The notes under the pieces: model-generated
Told to the model about the DNA's origin: nothing
The model's database searches: none
What the model saw: only the letters and a program-made list of their open reading frames with translations
Sequence record: MN850621.1
Reading direction: 5' to 3' (one strand)
Length of the DNA stretch: 64,000 bases
Source: Escherichia phage dhabil
Shown here: one piece after another, positions 1-7,938 of the stretch
Layout of the letters: every line of letters starts with the position of its first letter
Numbering within the stretch: position 1 is the stretch's first letter
Position numbers and translations under genes: made by a program

Positions 1-76
1 CTTTAGACCGGCAATATGAATCATACTTTTTATAATAGGCCATCTCAGTATTATAACGTGGGTGTCTATCAGCCAT
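1..76 (-). CDS. hypothetical protein, N-terminal fragment (ATG at 74-76, continues past window start)
   Basis: Minus-strand ATG at 74-76 opens a frame (MADRHPRYNTEMAYYKKYDSYCRSK...) that runs off the window; no clear RBS. Confidence 0.25.
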   Translation of the reverse strand, partial: MADRHPRYNTEMAYYKKYDSYCRSK

Positions 77-150
77 AATAATACTTAACGGCCAACCTTT
101 GGCATAATCGCGAAGACCGTTTATTTTATGAATGTATCTTTTCTTTAATT

Positions 151-375
151 TTAGCATGAGCTTGGGTACCAGATTTTACCATCGGAGCGAGCAACGAAGG
201 TACGACCAGCTTCTTCACCATAACAAGAGCTATTCAGCCAATCTTCAAGACGAACTTCACCATCATAATCATCAAGCTCAACACCAAAATCCTGAGCAGA
301 AGCCATATCTTTTACTTTCTTATACAGCGCAGCCAGTTCAAGAGCTGCTTTTTCTAATTCATTAATATTAGACAT
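151..375 (-). CDS. small acidic protein, member E of 5-gene paralogous array (74 aa, ends ...KIWYPSSC)
   Basis: ORF track; tight tandem spacing with upstream paralog (stop TAA inside the TAAGGTGATAAA-ATG RBS); C-terminal W-x-x-S-S-C tail shared with four neighbours. Confidence 0.6.
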   Translation of the reverse strand: MSNINELEKAALELAALYKKVKDMASAQDFGVELDDYDGEVRLEDWLNSSCYGEEAGRTFVARSDGKIWYPSSC

Positions 376-384
376 TTTATCACC

Positions 385-597
385 TTAGCAAGACATAGAG
401 GATGTAAACCAGAAACCTTCACCATCTGGGATACCGTAATCATCACGGACCCATTCGTAATCATCATATTCCGGATTCTTTGGGGAAATGTATTGTCCAC
501 GGCCGGAAACATGGAACTCTTCACCTGTTTCGTCAGCCACGGACTGACCTTTACGTACTAATTCACGGATTTGTTTTTCAATTTCATCAATAGTCAT
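385..597 (-). CDS. small acidic protein, member D of paralogous array (70 aa, ends ...FWFTSSMSC)
   Basis: ORF track; 9-10 nt gaps to neighbours; upstream gene stop sits in TGC-TAA-GGT-AAT-AAA-ATG; conserved C-terminal tail. Confidence 0.6.
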   Translation of the reverse strand: MTIDEIEKQIRELVRKGQSVADETGEEFHVSGRGQYISPKNPEYDDYEWVRDDYGIPDGEGFWFTSSMSC

Positions 598-606
598 TTT
601 ATTACC

Positions 607-804
607 TTAGCATTCGTAAGAGGAGGACACCCAAGAGGTACCACTAATAGTAATACAACCGTTATAAAGCGTTATATGTCGTTCTAAGTCACGAGCACCA
701 TCAATATAGATATCAGCTTCTTCGCGTTCTTCTTTACAAATTTGAATAACGTTTTCAATTGCCGCAGCGGCAGTTCGGATTGCACAATCTAATTCACGAG
801 ACAT
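607..804 (-). CDS. small acidic protein, member C of paralogous array (65 aa, ends ...SWVSSSYEC)
   Basis: ORF track; RBS GGA overlapping upstream stop (TGT-TAA-GGA-AAT-ATT-ATG); conserved WVSSS-x-E-C tail. Confidence 0.6.
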   Translation of the reverse strand: MSRELDCAIRTAAAAIENVIQICKEEREEADIYIDGARDLERHITLYNGCITISGTSWVSSSYEC

Positions 805-813
805 AATATTTCC

Positions 814-1095
814 TTAACATTCAGAAGAAGAGGACACCCAACCGCCAGTTGCGAGGTCAGTTGTATAGTCATGAGTATTAACAATAGCCCATTCAGGATG
901 ACCATCTTCTTCCCAATGGGCAAGGTCAGCTTTCAAGGCGCCAGGAGAATAATAGTCACCGCCCATACCGCGAGCAGGGTATATATTAAAATGAGTCTCA
1001 TATTTGTCTGCAATTTCCTCGGCACGACGAATAGCTTCATGAATTTCTTTTACTGCGGCCAGAAGCTCTGGATGGTTATGATTATCATTCATCAT
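814..1095 (-). CDS. small acidic protein, member B of paralogous array (93 aa, ends ...GGWVSSSSEC)
   Basis: ORF track; shares internal EEIADKY...G.DYY.PG block with member A and the C-terminal tail. Confidence 0.65.
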   Translation of the reverse strand: MMNDNHNHPELLAAVKEIHEAIRRAEEIADKYETHFNIYPARGMGGDYYSPGALKADLAHWEEDGHPEWAIVNTHDYTTDLATGGWVSSSSEC

Positions 1096-1104
1096 AGCTT
1101 TTCC

Positions 1105-1395
1105 TTAGCACATTGCCGAAGAGGAGACCCAGGCACCAACTGTAACGACGCCATTTTCAACTTCACCGCCATTGTTTTCAATTTCATCTTTAAACCACTG
1201 GGAGCATTCATAACCAACAGGGTAGTAGGTACGTCCTGAGCCATAATCACCTGTTCCGAATTGAATACCGTACTTATCGGCAATAGCTTCACATTTGGAT
1301 TCGATGATATCTACTTTACCGAGCAGGGCATAGATAGCTTTTTCTGCAGATTTCTCGTCGTTGTATTCAGGGATTTCAATTTCAATTTTATTCAT
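1105..1395 (-). CDS. small acidic protein, member A of paralogous array (96 aa, ends ...GAWVSSSAMC)
   Basis: ORF track; EAIADKYGIQFGTGDYGSGRTYYPVGYEC block paralogous to member B; conserved C-terminal tail. Confidence 0.65.
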   Translation of the reverse strand: MNKIEIEIPEYNDEKSAEKAIYALLGKVDIIESKCEAIADKYGIQFGTGDYGSGRTYYPVGYECSQWFKDEIENNGGEVENGVVTVGAWVSSSAMC

Positions 1396-1745
1396 GATTT
1401 ACATTCCTTAATAAAGGTTTCAAGGTCATTACGTTTGGTTTGTTTTACATACTCATTATAATTAGCCATCTCTAAAGCATATCTCTTACGGATGGGAGCA
1501 TTCAAAGCATTTGTATGGCAAATATCATACACGAGAGGGATAAAATAAGCCACGACAGCCGGAGCAATTATCATATAGAAACCCATCTCAATAGGCATGA
1601 CTCCTTCGATTGCAGCCATAACTGTGGTCATTACCAGACCAACCAGACCGCCGAGCATACCTGTGACAATTCCCGTGAATAAGGAAATAGCAATATCATA
1701 TTCAGCCAATTGATAAACATGCGATGAAAGACTAGGCCGTTCCAT
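1392..1745 (-). CDS. small integral membrane protein (about 117 aa from Met at 1745)
   Basis: ORF track; RBS AAGAGG 7 nt before ATG at 1743-1745; hydrophobic stretches (GIVTGMLGGLVGLVMTTVMAAI, YMIIAPAVVAYFIPLV) look like TM helices. Confidence 0.55.
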   Translation of the reverse strand: MERPSLSSHVYQLAEYDIAISLFTGIVTGMLGGLVGLVMTTVMAAIEGVMPIEMGFYMIIAPAVVAYFIPLVYDICHTNALNAPIRKRYALEMANYNEYVKQTKRNDLETFIKECKS

Positions 1746-2274
1746 TTTGGACCTCTTTAGCGTATTCACGGCATTCAGCAATAAAGCGATTAAGCTTCCG
1801 TTGTTGTTTACGACTTTCTAATGTGTACTCAGCAGTTAAGATACCAAGCTCGGCTTTATCATAATTTTTAATATCAGTGTAAGATGGTCGACGGTCGACC
1901 ATTCCAAATACATCACCATTTTCTAAAGCCACATAGCATACTAAATGGTAATCATCGTCTGCCATATTAAGAAGCACGCAATCATTGCTCTCATTTAAAG
2001 AATATACTGAATAACGTAGTCCAGCGAATTCCACTCGTTGAATAGCCAGATTTACGTCAATAATTTCCAAAGCATCTTCAAAAGAAAGGTCTTCAGCTAA
2101 AGCAAAAATAAAAGGTAATTTGGTAGTATCGCCACGGCTAGATGTTCTGCTTAAGAAATCGTTTGAATAGCCTAGGTCTTGGCGAATTCTATAAAGAACT
2201 GAATTGGTTTCATGGGAAAGACCACTATTTTTAAACCAATCAATATTTGATATAAGGTTATCATATAAACTCAT
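1732..2274 (-). CDS. hypothetical protein (180 aa)
   Basis: ORF track; strong RBS GGAGGAGAGGAG upstream; no family recognised. Confidence 0.55.
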   Translation of the reverse strand: MSLYDNLISNIDWFKNSGLSHETNSVLYRIRQDLGYSNDFLSRTSSRGDTTKLPFIFALAEDLSFEDALEIIDVNLAIQRVEFAGLRYSVYSLNESNDCVLLNMADDDYHLVCYVALENGDVFGMVDRRPSYTDIKNYDKAELGILTAEYTLESRKQQRKLNRFIAECREYAKEVQNGTA

Positions 2275-2295
2275 AATATTCTCCTCTCCTCCAAA

Positions 2296-2315
2296 TAGGG
2301 AGACCGAAGTCTCCC
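2296..2315 (-). terminator. GC hairpin GGGAGAC-TTCG-GTCTCCC (minus-strand sense); weak terminator or RNA-stability element
   Basis: Perfect 7-bp stem with tetraloop directly after the 2323-2916 gene, followed by TATTT. Confidence 0.4.
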
Positions 2316-2322
2316 GGTAATA

Positions 2323-2916
2323 TTACTTAAGTGAATTAATGTAGTCTTCGATATCGGCTGAAGTCGTATCCATTCCAACTTGTGGGCCTTTAAACGTTTC
2401 TACACGCAGCAGGGTATCTTCAATATCAATCTTAGTCAATGCAGCGATTTCAACCACATCATCGGCAGTAGCAATACCAAGGGCAGCCATATTACGAGTT
2501 TCACGAATGTACTCAAGCTTAACCGCTAGTTCCTGGCGAGAGTCATCAAGTTCCTTGACCTTCAGTTTAATTTCATTACGCATTTCGATATAATCGTCTG
2601 CTTTCTTACGAAGTTGATTAGCTGTACGACGATAAAGGAGGCCAAGTTTAGCATGCACCTGGACATCGGCGCCTTCTTTAATCAGTTTACGAATTTCACG
2701 CTCTTTTGAAGCGGCGAGTTGGTCTTTTTCATTCGCTAACTCGCGAATACGTTTTTCTTCATTCACAGACTTAACATGAGCAGTCTGGAGTTCAGTAATT
2801 TTATCAATCAGGGTAGAAGCAGCTTTAGTATACTGGTCTTCGATTGACAGGTTCTGAGTCATTGCGGTACCCAGTTTAGAACGGATGAATTCAACGATTT
2901 TCTTTAAAGTGTTCAT
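2323..2916 (-). CDS. alpha-helical coiled-coil protein (about 197 aa from MNTLKK)
   Basis: ORF track; start moved to ATG at 2916 with RBS GAAGGA, because 2917-2991 carries a promoter; K/E/R/L-rich heptad-like sequence. Confidence 0.55.
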   Translation of the reverse strand: MNTLKKIVEFIRSKLGTAMTQNLSIEDQYTKAASTLIDKITELQTAHVKSVNEEKRIRELANEKDQLAASKEREIRKLIKEGADVQVHAKLGLLYRRTANQLRKKADDYIEMRNEIKLKVKELDDSRQELAVKLEYIRETRNMAALGIATADDVVEIAALTKIDIEDTLLRVETFKGPQVGMDTTSADIEDYINSLK

Positions 2917-2959
2917 AGTATTTCCTTCAGTCGGTTGATATTTTGTAATCCATGAGGAC

Positions 2960-2989
2960 ATTATACCCTGTCCTCTGAGGGTTGTAAAC
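2960..2989 (-). promoter_or_regulatory. early sigma70-type promoter (GTTTAC-N18-TATAAT, minus sense) with hairpin GAGGACA/TGTCCTC around the -10
   Basis: Read on minus strand: GTTTAC AACCCTCAGAGGACAGGG TATAAT; resembles T4 early promoters. Confidence 0.45.
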
Positions 2990-2992
2990 ATT

Positions 2993-3391
2993 TTATTTCA
3001 TTTTTGCTAGGCAAATTTCATTGGCTTCCCATTGAGCTTGCTTAATAATAGCTTTGGATACAGGAACCCTTTGACCATAAGTTTTTGACGTTGAGAGAAC
3101 AATATATTTGTTTGCCTCATTATGCCAACCTAGTGATTTTTCACCATGAGTACCTTTAACCACAGCTGACACCTCAACAGAGCAACCACCATCAGAAATC
3201 TTGGTTTCTACAATCCATTCATTTCTCTCGACAGCTTCAATTTCCGATCTCCTTTTTTCTTCATACATGGCGGCCCAATCAGTTTTTGCCAAGCTGAAAG
3301 TAAGAGCTTTCTCTAATTCTTTGGCAGCTTTTTGTTGTTCAGGCGTTAATGAATTATACAACTCTTGCATTTCTTTATCTTCGATATTCAT
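2993..3391 (-). CDS. hypothetical protein (132 aa)
   Basis: ORF track; RBS GAGGAGA before ATG at 3389-3391. Confidence 0.55.
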   Translation of the reverse strand: MNIEDKEMQELYNSLTPEQQKAAKELEKALTFSLAKTDWAAMYEEKRRSEIEAVERNEWIVETKISDGGCSVEVSAVVKGTHGEKSLGWHNEANKYIVLSTSKTYGQRVPVSKAIIKQAQWEANEICLAKMK

Positions 3392-3416
3392 TATGCTCTC
3401 CTCAAATTACGGGCTC

Positions 3417-3446
3417 ATAATATCTCAATCATGAGCCCGTGTAAAC
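3417..3446 (-). promoter_or_regulatory. early promoter (GTTTAC-N18-TATTAT) inside hairpin ACGGGCTCAT...ATGAGCCCGT
   Basis: Minus sense: GTTTAC ACGGGCTCATGATTGAGA TATTAT; 10-bp inverted repeat encloses the -10. Confidence 0.4.
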
Positions 3447-3448
3447 AA

Positions 3449-3712
3449 TTATTTCATATTATTGAAATAATCTTCCGCATCAAAATCGTTATCGTGATAA
3501 ACTTTGGTAGACAATTTGACGTACCCTTCGGCAGCAAACATATTAACCACAACCTTTACGGTATACCACTGTCCATCGTCATTACCCATTACTGCGTAGG
3601 TTTCAAATATGGGATGGTCATCACCTATAACCTTAATATCGTTAACAGTAGCACCAAATTCTTCAGGAACGCATTTCATAAAGAAATTAAACAATTCACC
3701 ATAATTATCCAT
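3449..3712 (-). CDS. small acidic hypothetical protein (about 87 aa from MDNYGELF)
   Basis: ORF track uses a GTG start at 3727; ATG at 3710-3712 has RBS GAAGGAGAG and is preferred. Confidence 0.5.
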   Translation of the reverse strand: MDNYGELFNFFMKCVPEEFGATVNDIKVIGDDHPIFETYAVMGNDDGQWYTVKVVVNMFAAEGYVKLSTKVYHDNDFDAEDYFNNMK

Positions 3713-3747
3713 TTTACTCTCCTTCACTCTGTTGTTTTGATAGGTCT

Positions 3748-3776
3748 ATAGTATCACGTTTAAAGGAGGTGTAAAC
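3748..3776 (-). promoter_or_regulatory. early promoter (GTTTAC/TTTACA -35, TACTAT -10)
   Basis: One of three near-identical copies of ...TTTACA-N16/17-TACTATAG(G/A)CCTATCAAAA (also at 5902 and 6253). Confidence 0.5.
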
Positions 3777-3807
3777 AACTTTGTGAAATTATTTTTAGTT
3801 TAAACCC

Positions 3808-3829
3808 CCTAAAAGGAGACCGAAGTCTC
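3808..3829 (-). terminator. intrinsic terminator GGAGAC-TTCG-GTCTCC + TTTT (minus sense)
   Basis: Hairpin followed by TTTTAGGGGG, directly after the 3836-4459 gene. Confidence 0.5.
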
Positions 3830-3835
3830 CTTTCA

Positions 3836-4459
3836 TTATTTACGAGTCTTTTCGAACTGAGCTGCGTCACCGGCCAGTCGGCGTGCTTGACGAAGTTTGT
3901 TGTCAATTTCTTCGCGCATAGGCTGGGTGTACTTAAGGCCTTCAACCGTCAGATAGAGACGATAAAGGTCTGGTGTGTCCAGGTTGTTAATGTGTTGACC
4001 GTTACGAAGAACATTGAATTCACGAACAAGGTGTTTAGTTTCGGATTCTATTTCAGAAACCAAAGAAGCCAGTTGGTTATATTTTTTAACAATAGTGCTG
4101 GTGTCGAACTTGATTTTAGGTTTAGGAGCTTCTTTTACAGGCTCTGCTTTAGGTGCTGCCGCAGGTTTAGGTGGTGCAACTTTGGTTGGGGCTGCAGGTT
4201 TAGCAACAGGAGCTTTAGCTGGTTTAGCAGGTTTAGTAGCGCCACCGGCTACGATATCTTTAAAAGCTTTGGAAGCTTTGTAATATTCTTTCTGGTTACT
4301 AGTATCAAAACCATACATATCATAAACGTTTTTAAAGAACTCGGTAGTGGTTTTAGTCCCGGAAATTTTATCATAAGCAGCTTGCCACATATCTTTAGTC
4401 ATGCGCACGCTGGCTTCAGTCAGAACGCTTTCGTTCAAAAATTCATTGTAAGTTTTCAT
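3836..4459 (-). CDS. internal head protein, IPIII-like (207 aa) with N-terminal capsid-targeting sequence MKTYNEFLNE
   Basis: N-terminus matches the T4 internal-protein CTS (MKTYQEF-type, L-x-E gp21 cleavage context); Lys/Ala/Pro-rich basic core; T4 IPIII is similar in size. Confidence 0.7.
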   Translation of the reverse strand: MKTYNEFLNESVLTEASVRMTKDMWQAAYDKISGTKTTTEFFKNVYDMYGFDTSNQKEYYKASKAFKDIVAGGATKPAKPAKAPVAKPAAPTKVAPPKPAAAPKAEPVKEAPKPKIKFDTSTIVKKYNQLASLVSEIESETKHLVREFNVLRNGQHINNLDTPDLYRLYLTVEGLKYTQPMREEIDNKLRQARRLAGDAAQFEKTRK

Positions 4460-4499
4460 TATTGTTTCCTGTGTTAATTAACTTATCTATTTATACAAA

Positions 4500-4528
4500 A
4501 AAGGCCCAACCTTTCGGAAGGGCCTTTA
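4500..4528 (-). terminator. intrinsic terminator (GGCCC...GGGCC hairpin + T6, minus sense)
   Basis: Minus sense AAAGGCCCTTCCGAAAGGTTGGGCCTTTTTTG; core identical to the hairpin at 50656-50679. Confidence 0.6.
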
Positions 4529-4529
4529 A

Positions 4530-4694
4530 CCTAGGGTAACCTTGTCGGGGTTCCACCTGCTAGGCAAGTGTTCGGTGCGCCGTTTCAGCTGTGAGATAAG
4601 GGACTTTAAGAGGAACTCATGTACGCCTTAAAGTCGGGTCTTATTCAGGGAACTTCAGTCCGACGACTTACCGGTAGCGACCCGGTTTCTTGTT
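4530..4694 (-). ncRNA. candidate small stable RNA just 3' of tRNA-Arg (position analogous to T4 species 1/2 RNAs)
   Basis: 165-nt non-coding stretch between tRNA-Arg and the terminator, with nested inverted repeats (AAGTCG...CGACTT, CCTAG...CTAGG); no cloverleaf. Confidence 0.3.
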
Positions 4695-4770
4695 TGGTCG
4701 AGACAGTAGGGATCGAACCTACGACCCAGGACTTAGAAGGTCCTTGCTCTTCCTTCTGAGCTATGCCTCG
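4695..4770 (-). tRNA. tRNA-Arg (anticodon UCU), CCA encoded
   Basis: Manual fold: acceptor CGAGGCA/TGTCTCG, D-arm GCTC/GAGC, anticodon stem AGGAC/GTCCT with loop CTTCTAA, T-arm GTAGG-TTCGATC-CCTAC. Confidence 0.8.
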
Positions 4771-4774
4771 TATT

Positions 4775-4849
4775 TGGCGGACATGCATGGATTCGAACCA
4801 TGGACCAATTGATTAACAGTCAACTGCTCTACCACTGAGCTACACATCC
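4775..4849 (-). tRNA. tRNA-Asn (anticodon GUU), CCA encoded
   Basis: Manual fold: acceptor GGATGTG/CATGTCC, D-arm GCTC-AGTGGTA-GAGC, anticodon loop CTGTTAA, T-arm CATGG-TTCGAAT-CCATG. Confidence 0.75.
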
Positions 4850-4853
4850 AAAT

Positions 4854-4927
4854 TGGTGGCCCTGGGTGGAATCGAACCACCATCCAGCGATTATGAGTCG
4901 CTCGCTTGACCGTCCAGCTACAGGGCC
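4854..4927 (-). tRNA. tRNA with CAU anticodon (Met, or Ile if lysidine-modified), CCA encoded
   Basis: Manual fold: acceptor GGCCCTG/CAGGGCC, anticodon stem AGCGA/TCGCT with loop CTCATAA, T-arm GGTGG-TTCGATT-CCACC. Confidence 0.75.
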
Positions 4928-5012
4928 TTAATTCTATTATGAAAGGCTCTTTGAGGGAAGAACCTTTGGTAATAGAGGGTATTAATGATAGAGTAATAAT
5001 ATCACATAATTC

Positions 5013-5297
5013 TTAAAGCATATTAATATAGTCAAGTTTAATAGAAGCAATCTTCAAAGGGTTTTTAAAGATGTCGTATTCGACCAATCCATTTTCAGTT
5101 GCGGTATAAAAAGTAAAGTTAACAGAATTATAGCGATGGCTGTTAACTTTGAGTTTAACATCGCTTGAACTACGGCCAATATTAACCTGTTGAACATCAA
5201 GCACGGCATCTTTGCCGTAATTTCGAATCAACAACTCGGCTGCAACCTGATCGGATTTATAGCCATTCTCTGGATTAGTAACCTTAACGTATAACAT
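5013..5297 (-). CDS. hypothetical protein (94 aa)
   Basis: ORF track; abuts the upstream gene end. Confidence 0.5.
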   Translation of the reverse strand: MLYVKVTNPENGYKSDQVAAELLIRNYGKDAVLDVQQVNIGRSSSDVKLKVNSHRYNSVNFTFYTATENGLVEYDIFKNPLKIASIKLDYINML

Positions 5298-5678
5298 TTA
5301 ACCCTCGTCTACAATAGTGTGGGTATTGGCATTGACAATCTGCCACCAGTCAAAACGATTGGAACCGTAACAAGGCTTATTCTCGTTTTCTTTAATGATA
5401 TCGCGCAGTTCATCTTCAGTCGCGGCCTTTGCGATTAAGTCAGCATAACCGCCACGAGGATAATAGTTATCACCGGCAAAGAGCAAAAAGTTTGTTTTGA
5501 TATTCTTGAATTCTTCAAGAGTAATAACTGTTCCACCCGGTTGAACAATATCTACATAACTATATCCTAATTTCTGTGCTTCATTTACCGCTTCAAGCAG
5601 GGTGTCATGCGCCCACCCAATTTGGCAATCTGGTTTTTCAGATGGATTTGCTTGATAATCCGCATACACTTTATACAT
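5298..5678 (-). CDS. hypothetical protein (about 126 aa from MYKVYADY)
   Basis: Start moved to ATG at 5676-5678, which follows RBS AAAGGTGAG and overlaps the upstream stop (TAAAATG). Confidence 0.5.
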   Translation of the reverse strand: MYKVYADYQANPSEKPDCQIGWAHDTLLEAVNEAQKLGYSYVDIVQPGGTVITLEEFKNIKTNFLLFAGDNYYPRGGYADLIAKAATEDELRDIIKENENKPCYGSNRFDWWQIVNANTHTIVDEG

Positions 5679-5679
5679 T

Positions 5680-5877
5680 TTACTCACCTTTAGAGATTTT
5701 ATCCATAACGAAAGAGATTGAACCAATTAAGAATGCCACTACTAAAGAGATTATATTCTCGGAAGTTGTAAGCAAATCCAACATGAATCCTGCAAACATA
5801 CTAAAGCCAAAAGCAGTAACGGCGGCCAGTGCAGTAACATTTCTAATTAATTCACAACGTTTCATTTTATTCTCCAA
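5680..5877 (-). CDS. small membrane protein (65 aa, two hydrophobic helices)
   Basis: ORF track; ALAAVTAFGFSMFAGFML and [17 protein letters not shown] are TM-like. Confidence 0.5.
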   Translation of the reverse strand: MENKMKRCELIRNVTALAAVTAFGFSMFAGFMLDLLTTSENIISLVVAFLIGSISFVMDKISKGE

Positions 5878-5901
5878 TCACTCATTTGTTTTGATAGGGC
5901 T

Positions 5902-5930
5902 ATAGTATCATCACTAGAGCCCGTTGTAAA
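5902..5930 (-). promoter_or_regulatory. early promoter (TTTACA-N17-TACTAT, minus sense)
   Basis: Copy of the conserved promoter motif; inverted repeat GGGCT...AGCCC surrounds the -10. Confidence 0.5.
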
Positions 5931-5935
5931 TAACT

Positions 5936-6214
5936 TTAAAGTGCTTTTTTCAAAATATCAAAGTGCTTGGTGGCGATGTAAACGGTTTTCATTACAGAAG
6001 ATTCTTGAGCCGGGGAAATAACAATGCTCCCACCGTCTTTTTTAGCATGGTAACCGTCGCCCAGATAAACAGTACCTTTAAGTTCATCACCATTAAGACC
6101 GATAACCGGTTTACCTTCACGGCCTTTGTTTAGGGCTATAACTTCACTCATAACACTGGCTTCAGTGATAGGAGCCACTTTTTGAGATTTACTAAATTCT
6201 TGATAAGTTTTCAT
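5936..6214 (-). CDS. internal head protein (IPI/IPII-like, about 92 aa) with CTS MKTYQEF
   Basis: MKTYQEFSKSQKVAPITE N-terminus is a capsid-targeting sequence with an I-T-E cleavage context; the track's upstream MEIK start is less likely. Confidence 0.65.
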   Translation of the reverse strand: MKTYQEFSKSQKVAPITEASVMSEVIALNKGREGKPVIGLNGDELKGTVYLGDGYHAKKDGGSIVISPAQESSVMKTVYIATKHFDILKKAL

Positions 6215-6252
6215 TTTGATTTCCATTTGGTTAGTTTGTTTTTGATAGGCCT

Positions 6253-6281
6253 ATAGTATCATCACTAAAGCCCTTTGTAAA
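6253..6281 (-). promoter_or_regulatory. early promoter (TTTACA-N17-TACTAT, minus sense)
   Basis: Third copy of the conserved motif ...TGTAAAA(C/T)A...AGTGATGATACTATAG.... Confidence 0.5.
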
Positions 6282-6292
6282 ACATTTTTAAA

Positions 6293-7176
<884 letters not shown>

Positions 7177-7184
<8 letters not shown>

Positions 7185-7938
7185 TTTTATTTCCTAATAA
7201 TTTATCAATAGTAGTGTATAGTTCAGAAAGAGTGCCGTTATTTTCAATAACAACGTCACCAGGTAAAATTGGTAGACCCGCTTCAGTGATGTGCGAGTCT
7301 TGTACTTGACCGGTTTCAGCGCGAACTACATGAATAATCGTAGCACCCATCGCTCTGAGCGAATCAATTTCGTGTGTTTGACGAACATCAGGTACGACAT
7401 AGTATTTCGCATCAGAGTATATTTTATCAAAATAGTCTAAAGCGAACAACTTAACCCAATACATCTTATCAAATTGGTTAACAATAATATCAGTCCCAAG
7501 GGTCTGCATGAGACGACGTACTGACCAATTGTTATTTTTATTTATTACTTCAAATAGCTGGTCTTTTGTTTCTTCAGACAGATACTGGGCCGGGGTAAGA
7601 CCATAATGATATGCGATACGAACATCAATTCCTGGAATAGGAAGGATATTATTCAGCTTAACAATAGCATGTTCAAAAATATCAACCACATCATACGGTT
7701 TTAAAGGAATTATTTCTTCACGGTCATAACCGATACCTTCAAAACAATTAAAATCTAATTTAGGCATATAGCTACGGTCGAATACAGGGTCATCAGATAT
7801 GTATTCATAAGCTTCAGCCAGATACTTTTTAATAGGACCAGCGAGTTGGAATTTTACGGAATCCATATTCTCAATTACATAGTTAGCAACGGTATCCTTA
7901 CCGCTACGTTTGATTCCTACAATTGATATTAGTTTCAT
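7177..7938 (-). CDS. 1: deoxynucleoside monophosphate kinase
   Basis: P-loop GIKRSGKDT near N-terminus; size and position between 57A and 3 as in T4. Confidence 0.8.

Noticed and set aside
132-365. 77-aa plus-strand ORF
   Set aside because: Overlaps paralog E (151-375) on the opposite strand; the minus-strand gene has a coupled RBS and the family C-terminal tail, so the plus frame is taken as spurious.
151-1395. Possibility that the repeated C-terminal codons of the five small ORFs are a CRISPR-like or non-coding DNA repeat
   Set aside because: Repeat units are full ORFs of different lengths with RBS-coupled starts; the shared motif varies at synonymous positions while the amino acids are kept; no short direct repeats with unique spacers.
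2323-2916. Possible PspA/IM30 (phage-shock protein A-like) identity for the coiled-coil protein
   Set aside because: The resemblance is composition and predicted coiled-coil only; I could not align a specific PspA motif by eye, so it stays a generic coiled-coil protein.
4014-4283. 89-aa plus-strand Gly/Ala/Leu-rich ORF
   Set aside because: Antisense to the Lys/Ala/Pro-rich core of the IPIII-like gene; a low-complexity mirror of the real coding strand.
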